Below the pieces are notes generated by a model that searched no databases, was not told the origin of the DNA, and was given only the letters and a program-made list of their open reading frames with translations. This document shows positions 12,076 through 23,536 of a DNA stretch of 64,000 nt, one piece after another (the first letter of the stretch is position 1; every line of letters begins with the position of its first letter). The position numbers and the translations under genes were made by a program. This stretch comes from Hydrolagus affinis (lineage: Eukaryota). The stretch spans positions 1 to 64,000 of the forward strand of contig JAAILG010000826.1 in assembly GCA_012026655.1 (NCBI GenBank). The letters are read 5' to 3'.

Positions 12076-12565
12076 ATATTTTCACAATTAACAAATGGAC
12101 ATTGCACTAAGACTACATGCAGTCATGGTAGTATTTCATTTCTTTTTGCCTTCTTTGATTTTAGTAACTGCTCATACTCGTCAAAATACGAGATATTAGT
12201 GCTGGGGAAATTGTTTAGATATGCAAGATTAGAAACAAACATTCCTGATTGTGTGGCCATGTGCGGAGAAACACTTACTCCAATTTAACAATCTACCATA
12301 TCCTCAATCTCAGAAGATCATCCTCCACTTCAGCAGTTCGAGTTTTTCACCTGCCTCTGATGTTTACCATCTGTGTTTTTTTTTGACTGACAAAACCAAT
12401 TTACTGGCAATTTGTGGCCAGGTTTGTACTCAGGGTCATCCCATACAGAGATTGGGTTGTGACTCTCCAAGGTCATTTGAATGGGACTCTTTCAGTCAAC
12501 AATGAGAGGATATTTTCATTCCATCCATCTAGGCTAGATATCAATCCAAATTTCAGAGGTAAAAA

Positions 12566-12655
12566 AAAACTGTAGATACTCGAAATGCACAGCAGGCCAA
12601 TTAGCATCCAGAAGGGGAAAGTAGGTTGACATTTCAAGGATGGCCCTATCATAGG
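12566..12655 (-). mobile_element. Degenerate Penelope-like terminal repeat fragment
   Basis: Reverse strand ATGATAGGGCCATCCTTGAAATGTCAAC..GGATGCTAATTGGCCTGCTG resembles 62085-62170. Confidence 0.5.
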
Positions 12656-14764
12656 TAAAAAGACAGTTTGCTACACAACACAATCGTAGCTCTATAGGGG
12701 CATAATCCAGTCTTTAGCAAAATTGCTCATGACAAGAAATGCGATTTGCAGTTTGATTTATTTTTGAGTCATTTTATTATCTGGCACAGAACATACCATT
12801 ACTCAGAGTGATTGTGAACCTCACAAGCATTTTATCTACCATGTGAACCCTACTGCAATTTACTTGTGTTAACAATATGTAAGCCAATTTTTCCACAGTG
12901 CAATGCAAGGATGAGATGGAAAAGGACAACCCATGCAAGTATTTTGATGGGATCTATGTAAAGTTTAAAATTATTGTACTATGTCAGTGTGAAATCTACT
13001 TGGTGACAGGAGAAACAATTTTTCCCGGTATTGCAAAGGGAAGTATATGAAGCAAATACAACAACTTGGGTAAGACATTTGTCTTAATAAACTTCACTTG
13101 TCAAATGCAGATAAACAGAGATAGAGCTGTTCCTTTAGATCCTCTTCAATTGCTTGACTGTGGATATATGCAAAGTTACAGGGATTCTGAATACCCAGAA
13201 TTTTCTTTTCTTGGTTATATAAGGGAACAAATTTCAGGGCTTTACCTCTGGTTTAGAATAGGTCAGTTTGAATCCAGGATAAACTCTAAATGTTATGCCG
13301 GTTTGTTGTAGTGTATAATAAACTCATCCGGATATAATAGGTAATATTTTTTTCATGCTTCAGTAACATAGATGTCTTTACTCAACTGAATCAATGAGGC
13401 TAATAATTCAATTGCCAAAGTAAACAGTAATTGTGAAAGGGCATCCCAGTCTATTAATACTATACAGTTTGAAGTGGAGAATTTGTATTATGTGTACTAA
13501 CCACTACATATTATAGGTGGACACTGCTAATGGTTGACAGAATTACTGACAATAGGAGAAGAATCCCATGTCATTGAATCTGTTGATAACTTTTACTTTG
13601 TGGTGTCACTGGAGAACCAAGAAGAGAGAAAGACAGAGAACAATAAAGCCAGGATCAAAGTCAAAGAGATTTGTGTCCTGAATTTCATTTTTAATTCTAC
13701 TTCTGCTCTCCTGTCAAAGTGATGTTATAGGTTGCCAATCAAACTCTGCTCCGACATCTGCAAGATGATTTTACACCCCATAAGCAGTGAATAGCTCCAG
13801 GCATTCCAGGGTCAACATCACTAAGTCATTTATCTTCTCATACCTGCTGAGATCATTATTGTATGAGTATGCATTTAATATCTCTTTGGCATTGCTTTAT
13901 TTATAATTAACGTTATGCGCAAATGCAATCTCCAAGACTTCCTCTCCTATCAATTTAATTTTCAATCCACTGCAAACTGCATTTCCTTAGTTTTCTCTGA
14001 TATTTTCTCTTGAGAAACAAAATGTATAGATGATTATGAGTCATATGGAAGACAAATGAGAGAAAATACAAAGAGCATTTGGAGGAAGTAAGATGGCAAT
14101 GAAAAAATAAATTACAGATAGCAATAAATGGGATCCAAGGAAGACCAGGAAATGGCAAATACATTGAATAGATTTTTCCCTTCAGATGTTGCAAATTATA
14201 CAAATTTATATTCCAGTACCATAGTGCATATATTTCAGCACTATAGTGCTAGCTCTGGAATCTTCAAAACAAATAGGAATCTCAAAAAGTTGCTGCTGAT
14301 CTAAAATCGCTAAACACAAAAAATAGTCAACATGGATTTTGAAGGAATAGTTTATACATAGTTTCTAACAAATATATTGGATTATTTTGACAGAACAACT
14401 GAACTAATCTATGTGTTCTCTGGAGATAAAGATGTGGATCTGGCAACCTTTATGACTTGATAAACTATGATCCTGTTCAGCCTCCTTCAGCCTATTCCTC
14501 TTTCTACATTTAATTGTGACTCACCCATTGCATGACCTACTATCTGGACATCCTCCTGGGTGTCAACTCACTGTTACAATGGTGTATAAATCCTCGGATG
14601 TTGACGTGTGCTGCAACTGAATCATTACCAGACCGTTACAATACTTATGTAGCACTTCTCCCGCAAAATAAAATTATAAGAAGACAATAAAGAGATTGTT
14701 TAAATGGACAAAAAATAATATATCAGTGATGCAAGTAACAATGGAATCTCCAAACATTCTCACT

Positions 14765-14865
14765 GTACATCTTGGCTCAGTTGGTAACACTCTTGCTTCT
14801 GAGTTTGAAGATTGTAGTTTGAAGCTGTACATCGGGACTGCGAACTCATGTGATCTAGGCTCCCC
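14765..14865 (+). mobile_element. Head of Deu-domain (SacSINE1-like) SINE
   Basis: TGGCTCAGTTGGTAACACTCTTGCTTCTGAGTTTGAAGATTGTAGTTTGAAG..GATCTAGGCT, with an A-box TGGCTCAGTTGG. Confidence 0.65.
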
Positions 14866-15324
14866 AGGTTGCTGTATTTCACCCAGAAAGAAAGTAGTCT
14901 TCTGACATCATCATTTAGCGACTAAAGACTAAAAAAATTCTCTTGAGAGGAGCAGCTGATGGCTGCTGTCAAATAAATGGAAAACATCTATTTTGAAACC
15001 TGTTTTATTGTGTATATGAAATGATAAAATGAATTAGTGTGAGATGCTAGATATTGGAAGAGTGTTCTGCTGCAGCTGAGCGCTTTCTTGTTTCCCCTGA
15101 GGCATAAGCAGATCATGAGAACAGACATGAAATGAAAAACAGATTGTTTTCTAAGATGTTTATTAACTATTGCTATTATTTTGATGGTTATATATAAGCA
15201 ACCATTATACTTGTCGAATTTGTTTACGATCTTAAAAACAGAAGGAATTGTTCAATGAAATGTAAATCTTCCAGCTCTTTGCCTTATCTTCCTATTGATT
15301 CTGCTTTATTTCTGATTAACAGAA

Positions 15325-15385
15325 ACAAACAACCCAAATTAGATTTATAGAGCGCCTTTCACGTCGGGAGGATGTCCCAAGCATT
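15325..15385 (-). mobile_element. L2 tail-only insertion
   Basis: AAATTAGATTTATAGAGCGCCTTTCACGTCGGGAGGATGTCCCAAG. Confidence 0.85.
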
Positions 15386-16862
15386 GTTTAGTTAATTTCT
15401 TGTCTTGAATTATTTACGCCTTTGGTTATTTTTAACCCTTTTGTCTTTATCTCCCTGACTGCATTTATGTTCTTGCCCAGACAGACAGTCCACTGTTGTT
15501 TTTATTATAGGTAGGAAGTAAAACAATGCGGCACATTTCCTGGATTTGTTTTGGTTCGTGCAAACCATGAGTTGAAATCTATGAGCTGCTTGCATTAATT
15601 AATACTGAAGCTAATGGTGCACTTTTGGAAAATGCTGCCAGTTGTAAACTAAAGATGGAAACAACTTAATCTTCTTTGGTGGTCTCCATAGTCCAATTCC
15701 TAAGGTCAGCAGAATTCCAGGGCACTGCTGATGACAGATCAGGAAATCTGGTTCATTGGCAGGACCAGCAGAGACAGACTGGCCACTGATGGCAGGAGGT
15801 TTTCCCACAAAGCTTCTGATAACCTTGCAAGCCAATGTTCTAATGAATATAATAATCCTAGTTGGACAAGCATTGGTAAGCTGCCAGACAGGGAACTGTT
15901 TTCGATGGCAAGCTACACGGTTTTAGCTAGTTAAACTCCATCAGCATCCAGTTGCACAATGCCCAGATCTTAGCTCTTGCAAACTGCTCTAATACTGTAT
16001 ATCTATATAAGCAAAAGATATTTATTTGTCCAAGGCTGTTACTCCCCTCTGACTCCCACTTTCTTGATTTCCATAACCATTCTTTAGGAATGGATGGAAA
16101 AAATGCAATACTTCAAAACAGACTGGACGTGTTAATTAGCTTTGCATTTTTCATCCCAATGTCCATTTTCAGTATCCCATTATTAGAATGATTGAATTAT
16201 CATTTGTGGTAAATTTTAAAGTTAAAAAAGCATAAATTGCAAATTACCTCCTGAAAAGTAAATGACGTAAAATATTTTAGCTGCAGACAGGACGTGTTTC
16301 GCTGGGTTCTTCAATAAGGTTACGGGAAATACATTACCACTTTCTCCAATGCAGTTTACATTTGAAGTGGCTTTTTGTGGGTTGACATGGTGCGTGACAG
16401 AAGTCCATTTGCCAGAAAGAGTATCCACTCAAATTACATGTTGAAGAATCCCATTCAGAATCACCTCATACCCCATTGTGAGCAGACATTATGGCTCCTC
16501 TTTAGAACTGTGAGGAATCTCTGAGCTTTGAAAGCTGAGATAAGATGAGGTAGAGGGTTAGGAAAGCAACAGTAAACCCTACACTTCATTACTGATCTTC
16601 ATCTCCTACTCCCAAATTACCCCCACGTGTTCATGTCATCTTCCCTCTGCAGATATTTGTCTCTCCTCTTCCACTGATTTCTGTCTCTTCATATCAACCT
16701 TTAGCAGCAAAAATAAATCACCGAGTGAATAAAAGAATGTTGAACACGCCAAACTGGTGCTCAATGTCATGCTATGGTCTATATTAAACATGCCATAAAT
16801 TCCATAATACAATGCTGGTAATGCATAATATTACATCAGTCTGTTTATTTTCTTCATGAATG

Positions 16863-16908
16863 GATGGATGTAAACCTCCTTTCTGAATGATGGAGGTTTA
16901 CATCCATC
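16863..16908. repeat. Perfect inverted repeat, 17-bp arms, 12-nt spacer
   Basis: GATGGATGTAAACCTCC-TTTCTGAATGAT-GGAGGTTTACATCCATC. Confidence 0.95.
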
Positions 16909-17943
16909 AAACTCTATCAGTATGGTTTTGGTCCATGAATCCACTTAACTTTAAAGCTATTATAAATATAGTGCAACTGATGGTACAATGATCAAAATAC
17001 AGTACACATCGTTGAAAAGGTTTAAGTTGTTGCTCCTCCATGCTTTATGCCAGGCTTATACACAACTGTATTGTTACAAAAGCATGATTTGACTTGATAG
17101 GGATACCATGAGTATCCTTTAGACTTAAAAATACAGTATGTCAATAGAAACATTTAGAATATTAATCTCCTAGTTTTGTCGTTAGGCTCACACTCATGCC
17201 ACGTGGTTTCATGCCAATTATTTCTATGCACAAATGTGACTGTCTGGTATCAAAACAAATTTATTACTTTTATTGTTTCATAGGAATGTATCCTTAGGCT
17301 ATTATACATTTATGTTATCCTTTGCTTGTCCTTCTATCACATCCTGACAACAATTTTTTTTAGATGTTTCATCTTCTCAAAGTACTGAAACAGTGCACCA
17401 CTCAATAATTCTGTATTTGAAAGAAATAATGCAACAGAGTTTTGACACTCTCCTGTAACTTAAACAAATTATAATCAAGAGTTTTTTGGTTTGGTTATTT
17501 TTCTTGGCATCAATCTAATCATTCATTAACAGAGGCTCTAATTTAGGGAGCACAAAGTATCTTTGAGACTTCAAATATCTAAGCGTTGCAATTCTAGAAG
17601 TTGTGACATTCACTGTTGATCAATATGTTTGCTAATGAATACCTACCAAGGTCGATAATGAGCTTTGTTATCATTGATTTTTAAAAACAAGTAATTTGTA
17701 ATCTGAAACTAATGACATGTATTCGAGAGCAAAACAATTTAATCAAGCATTTTTGAATTCTATTATAAGAAAAATCCCACTTGATTTTTGTCTTTTAAAA
17801 AAAATTCCTGCTGTTTAATCTTTGTTTCAACTATTAAAATACGAATGAAGATTTAATGTGCTTTAAGGTGGAAAGTAGGGATTTTTTTCTCGACTCTGCA
17901 TCAAGTGGATTTAGAGATGAAAATATTCTATTTGCTTTGAGCA

Positions 17944-17995
17944 GTCCTCCCGACTTGAAAGGCGCTCTATAAATGTAATTTTGTTGTTGTTGTTG
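17944..17995 (+). mobile_element. L2 tail-only insertion
   Basis: GTCCTCCCGACTTGAAAGGCGCTCTATAAATGTAATTT(TGT)n. Confidence 0.85.
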
Positions 17996-18078
17996 CCATG
18001 TTTTGCTGAGTTCTGCAGGCTCATTGATTGAAGCAAGGCTGGCTGGTCTGTCTGGTGAGTAACAAGGTGAGCTGTGAA

Positions 18079-18094
18079 TGATTGATGGTGACAG
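18079..18094 (+). promoter_or_regulatory. Candidate PBX-HOX + MEIS composite site
   Basis: TGATTGATGG immediately followed by TGACAG, in non-repeat sequence. Confidence 0.3.
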
Positions 18095-18429
18095 GTTGTT
18101 TAAATAGATTTATTTATTTTGGTTTCATACACTAATGCAACTGCTTAAACCTCTTCCACAAGGGCATGGCATGAATTAGAGCAAGACCTTGATGTGGATT
18201 ATAAGAGGACAAACCCATTTTAGTATTGAAGAATTCTCAACTAGGGAAATGATGGATAACATTCCATTATTATTGTTCATTCCTTGCTTTCAGCATCACT
18301 TTCATCATCACCTTTCTTCACAGGAAAACATTTAACTTTCACAACACTTATTTCTGCTGTGCTACCTACCTGTTGGCAACAATCCCTGTACTTAATCTGG
18401 TTTTGAAAGTGTAATTACGATGCAGTCCT

Positions 18430-18705
18430 GGAGTCCTGCTGCTCAGTGTTTGGAGCACTCGCCTCGCTAGTGAGAAACCTAAGACCAATTCCCAGCACCG
18501 TGAAACCCTTGGCAAGTTTCCTTACTCCACATACCTGATAATAATCCCTCAAACAAAAACAATAATAATTTGGTCACTCAATCCACTGCAACATTTTGCC
18601 CACAAATATACAGTCAATTCACTTTACAGTATATTCTGTGAAGCGGTTTGAGACATCTAGAAGGCGGGAAAAGTGCTACATCAAATGCAAGGATTATTCT
18701 TATAT
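18430..18705 (+). mobile_element. tRNA-Ala SINE, short variant, near full length
   Basis: GGAGTCCTG..GCTCAGTG..GAGCACTCGCC head, body and CAAATGCAAGGATTATT tail. Confidence 0.9.
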
Positions 18706-19685
18706 TAAAGCACCTGTATGGATGTATACCCATTTTTGATAGAAGGCCCCCTTTTGTAAGTTGCATTGGCTGAATTGGCTAACAAATATTGCCAACAAAA
18801 TGATGATCACTGCCTAATATATTCAAATGTTGTTGCAGAAGGATTGCTCCGATTGCTAAGAGTAGCAAATCGTTCCATGTTCATTTATACACTGATTTTG
18901 GTAAAATGCATGTAATATTCTTGTCTTTGCAAGAGATAAAATATGCAGAAACACAGACGAACACAGATAAGTAATTGTTTATCAATGAGCACCTAGTTAT
19001 TGTATATAATGTGTCATAGATAATAGAGGTGAGCAAAATGATTTAGCTGTAGAAGTGTCCTTTAGCAACCATTTACTGACTCGTGCTCAAGAGACAATTT
19101 CCTTTTCAAAATTTCACTTATTTCAGCTGCTAAAAAAGGATTGATAAATTTACCTCATATCTATGTGTTACGATGCCTGGAGGAGTCAACCTCCTCTTCA
19201 GTTTGGTCAAAGACATTAAAACAGGTTCATTGAGATCAAACTGACACTTCTCCCCAAGGCATGATGTTAAACTTTGTATCTAACAAATTGCTCTTACCTT
19301 CAAAATTATAATCACAAAGTTCTGCTGATCTAAAAATAGACGTTACATTTTATTATTATTGGTAATTATCTCAATTCATGTTTTAAACCTCGTGCAATTT
19401 GTCCAGGAGTTTTATTTTTCTTGTCTTATTTAAGATCAATCATATTTCAATTGATTTATCTTTTAAGGCATCTTTTACCAAAAAAAAACACTTGCTTCTA
19501 TACACACTTTCACCAACCATTTCCTGGCTTAAATCTTCAATTCTATTATAGTTTGGAGAACATTCAGTTGAAAACTGGAATTCAGGTATAATCTCCCCTC
19601 CTTCTTGAATGAGGTGATTTTTTTTTAGCATTTACTTTAATGATTATGATTTCTTCTATAATACATTAATTTGGTAGACTTTGAC

Positions 19686-19859
19686 TCATTTAGGCTCAGA
19701 ATCATTGAAAAACACTACCTTTCTCTCCATATTGGTCTGGATTTCTAACTTTTTGTTGGTGTCTGTGATCTCTGGAAGTCTGTATTTCTTTGCAGACATT
19801 GCTTGGTTTGACATTTCTAAATCCGACCTAATCGATGAGTTAGCAAATTTAAATGTGGG
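19686..19859 (-). CDS. Candidate exon of an unidentified gene (57 codons + stop)
   Basis: Acceptor-like TTTTTATCATCTAATTTAG followed by an open frame PTFKFANSSIRSDLEMSNQAMSAKKYRLPEITDTNKKLEIQTNMERKVVFFNDSEPK*. No homology recognised. Confidence 0.2.
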   Translation of the reverse strand, partial: PTFKFANSSIRSDLEMSNQAMSAKKYRLPEITDTNKKLEIQTNMERKVVFFNDSEPK

Positions 19860-20048
19860 CTAAATTAGATGATAAAAAGCTAAGTATTAATGTTTTAAAA
19901 TAAACACAGTATATATAGAGAGAAAATAAAATAATAATGGAGAAGGCGAGAGGTCAAGCAGAATTAAAGAGTTTTTAAAACGTTATTTTTCCACAAAAGT
20001 ATCTTTTAAATGCTTACTTTAGTGTTGTGGTTGAGGTTTCATATTACA

Positions 20049-20087
20049 GTAATAAAGCTACTCTTGACTTCTGAGTAGCTTTATTAC
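20049..20087. repeat. Perfect inverted repeat, 15-bp arms, 9-nt spacer
   Basis: GTAATAAAGCTACTC-TTGACTTCT-GAGTAGCTTTATTAC. Confidence 0.95.
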
Positions 20088-23000
20088 AGTGTAAGCAGCT
20101 TATAATGGATTGGGTGGCACAGGCCTGATTTGCCCATTATAAACATTATCCTCCATGTCCCAGTCTGCACCAATAAGTTCATTGAAGTGCCATCTGTGGA
20201 CTTTTCAAATATCCTAAGTGTGGACAAGTACTGGAGATGTAATGAGAGAGAGAGATAGGTAATCTATCAAGGACCATCAATGCAAAATGAGTTTCAGTTG
20301 GCAGTCCCACGGTGTGTAGTTTGTCGAATTTTTACAGGTTTTATGTTTGCTTGGAAGAATTCAATATAATTGTCCACTGTAGTAATATATCAAATGCAAG
20401 GATTATTATATTATTTATTATATTATAATATTGTTTTTAGTTTCACCTTCAATGAATAGGTTTAAATACTGTATCTTTGAAAGTGACTGATGCTGGAAAT
20501 AGAATTAACCGCTGGTAATTCAAGGGTTAATAGTAGAATAGAAATTGTGATCATAGAGAAAGATAAGGTCGCAAATCAATTAATTCAACTGCCTTTGTGA
20601 CTAAAATGGTCACAGATTTATGTTTTGCTTCCACTCTTGCCTGCAAGTCAATTTAGTGGTAAACAGAGGTCTGTGACTCAGAGCACAAATTCTTCAGTTC
20701 ACTTTAATGGTGAGCCATTAGGAACATTTCCAGTACCAGTCAGGGTAGTAACAAGACAGCCTTACACATAAAAATACAAACTACTTTGAACTGTAGAAGG
20801 TGAACTTCTGCCTGATAGTAAAGGTATCTCAATTGCTTTTGGGGCAGAACTTGCAACAAGAAAATGTAGAGTTATAAATGTTTAAAATGAACTCTTGAAT
20901 TGCCAGCTTCCAATGTCTCTTAAAAAAAATGTAGCACCAAATACAAAACAAGCCATTTAAACAGGCTTTTTACTCTTGATGAAGGCAATCACGTTCAGTC
21001 ATTTCTAACTTTGTGCTTCTGATGATACAAATGAATTCGCCCCCATTTTATTCACAGGCAGGATTGGCTTTAATGTGGTGTTAATTAGCATCATGGTTCC
21101 AGGTGCCTCTGACTTTTCACTGAACCCTCACAGAGACTGCAGCAGCATAGTGCTGAGCACCTATTGGGAGCGGCAGGGTTGGCAGATGCCCTTTACAGTA
21201 TTTGCGGCAACAGGAGGACAGAGAAGCCACAGAAAGAAGATTGCAGTGGAAATTGCTTTTGGGATGCCAGTCTGTATTTTACTCAGCGGGTGACAATGAC
21301 ACTGAGCAACCGACAACTGGCAGGAAGCAGTGTGTGATGTCCCTACTGCTGACCTGTGAAGCTCGCAATGAGCTTTGCCATCTGCTAGAGGGAGGCCTGC
21401 AGCACTCCAAATTCACTGCTGCCCAGCCTGTGCAATTGAAATGTTCCTTTGGCCACAATTTCCCCCCGATACTCTTCTTTTTGAGAGTGCTTTTGAAGCA
21501 TCCTTCAGAGATGTACTCTTGAGCTCCAAGTTACTGATTGGTAATGTTGTAATTCCAAATGCAATTAAGCAATTGCCTGTTTCGTTCATTTCAGTTTTGG
21601 TCTGCGTTTAGTCTCCTTTTCTCAGACCTATCCATATTTCCCTATATAGCACAGTCACTGCTACATACTACTGAAGTGCAACAACCTCCTGTTCTAAGCA
21701 AGATTTCCAAAGTCAGTCTGCTCAGGATCCTTAAATTGATTTGTAGCCCTAAGGGATCCTGAGAACCATGCCATACCTTTTGGTATGATTCCCTACACCA
21801 CTTGTGCGAGGGTCTCACATTGTGCTTGTGACATTCTCTACAGCTCAACCTATTTGTATGTCACCTGTTTCCCCAGATTGTTGCTAGAATCACTTGTTGC
21901 AAGGGAGCAAAATATTTAGATGTCTGGTTTTGTACGTCCTTTCCTCAAAATGCTGTTGGATAAAGTATTGTACTGGGCAGAACTTCTCATAATAGTGAGA
22001 AATCAAGAAAGAACAATTTATGATAGACATATATAATTTTGAAAGCCACTAATCTTATTAACCGAACAATCCAAAAATGTAGTATCCAATCCTGTCCAAT
22101 GTGCAAGGACAAAAAATAGAAATGAAACTTATTTATAAATGTATAAAGAAATTAAGGAAAGATACACAAACAAGGCATACCTAATGGAAACGAAAATGCA
22201 GCATAAGAAAAGGATATCCATAACATAAAACACACAAAAATAATTTTCCTGCACCATAATATTTACAAATTCAATCCTGCCACCCCTTGACATCTATTGT
22301 TAATTAGCTGATTTAAAGCAGTGGAGAAGTGCGAAAAACAGACAACAACAACAACTTGCATTCACTTAGCGCCCCTCACACAGCGTAGCATCCTAGAGCA
22401 TCCCAATCTGAAGTTCATTACCATTTGCTATACAAATGCAACTCTCAGGTTTCAAAGCAGAATATGTGTGATTGGTACCATTTAGCACTCTTGGTTGTTT
22501 GCCCACAAGAAACACAATCAGTGCACCATTTCACTATGATGCTTATGGGCCATCCTCCCAATAGGAAAGGCAGAATACCAACTGTAATATGTATTACTAT
22601 TAATAATAATTGCCATTAATTTCTATATTTGATATTGTGTAAATTTGTTAATACCTGGTTAGGAAAATAGGAATAGACGATAGCCTGTTTATCCATTTGA
22701 ATAGTTCAGGGTGGATGTTTTAATCTAATTTCACATTAATTAAATATTAATTCATGCCATTATTACCAAGTATCTAGCAATTTCCCTTTTAAACAATCCA
22801 AATTGATTTGTTTAGCTCACTGTAAAATATTTTCAAGACTGGCTTCCATATGCTAAAAATAACAATCTTTGTAACATGAATAACATATAAGATTGTCTTG
22901 GCAACGCAAAATTAACAATGCCTGATCTCACTCTCATGATTGAATTCCAGAATATGGACAGAAAGGATTCTCCAAGATGGTTGGTTGGAATTAATTCAGA

Positions 23001-23270
23001 AGATCAACAGCAGGGCACATGTATGCATATGGCTATCCTATTATCACCTTGATACAATTTTTTTCTGGGCAAGCAGGTCCTTGACTACTTGCATTGCAAC
23101 AAAAGGTCAAACATATTGCAGTGGAATGGGACAAGTGGGAAACTAACTATGCAATATATTACTGGACTGGTGTTACACTTCTATATTTATCCTGTTGCAG
23201 CAAGTATAACCTCTAGGCCTGCATATTCCCAGTGAATTTAGCGAAAGAACCAATGATGATGTACCAAATA

Positions 23271-23536
23271 CAGTAGTAATAATAGTCCTCGCTTAATGTC
23301 GCAGTTGTGTTCGTGAAAAGTATGACTTTAAGCGATACGACGTTCAGTGAATCCGTGCAAGAATACCGGACATTCAGCATCTATGTACGCCTACGCTATC
23401 CAAAGTAGTTTGTTTCCACCTGCGCAAACAACGTAATAGCGAATGTTGTGACATTAAATAAATATATGTTCTCTATGCAACGTAACGTAATAGTGAAACA
23501 ACACTGACCGAAACAACATTGTGCAAGGTCTACCTG
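23271..23536. mobile_element. Degenerate Tigger/pogo-type MITE
   Basis: Left TA-CAGTAG..TAGTCCTCGCTTAA, right GCAAGGTCTACCTG, similar to the CAGGTAGACCCCGCTTAA TIR at 43441. Locally CpG-rich. Confidence 0.6.

Noticed and set aside
16869-16905. TGTAAACCTCC resembles the start of miR-30 (TGTAAACATCC) within a hairpin
   Set aside because: Position 8 differs, the rest of the mature sequence does not match, and the 46-nt hairpin is too short for a pre-miRNA.
21202-21522. 106-aa ORF and CTCF-like motifs near 21376-21398
   Set aside because: No recognisable homology or convincing splice structure, and the motif matches are partial.
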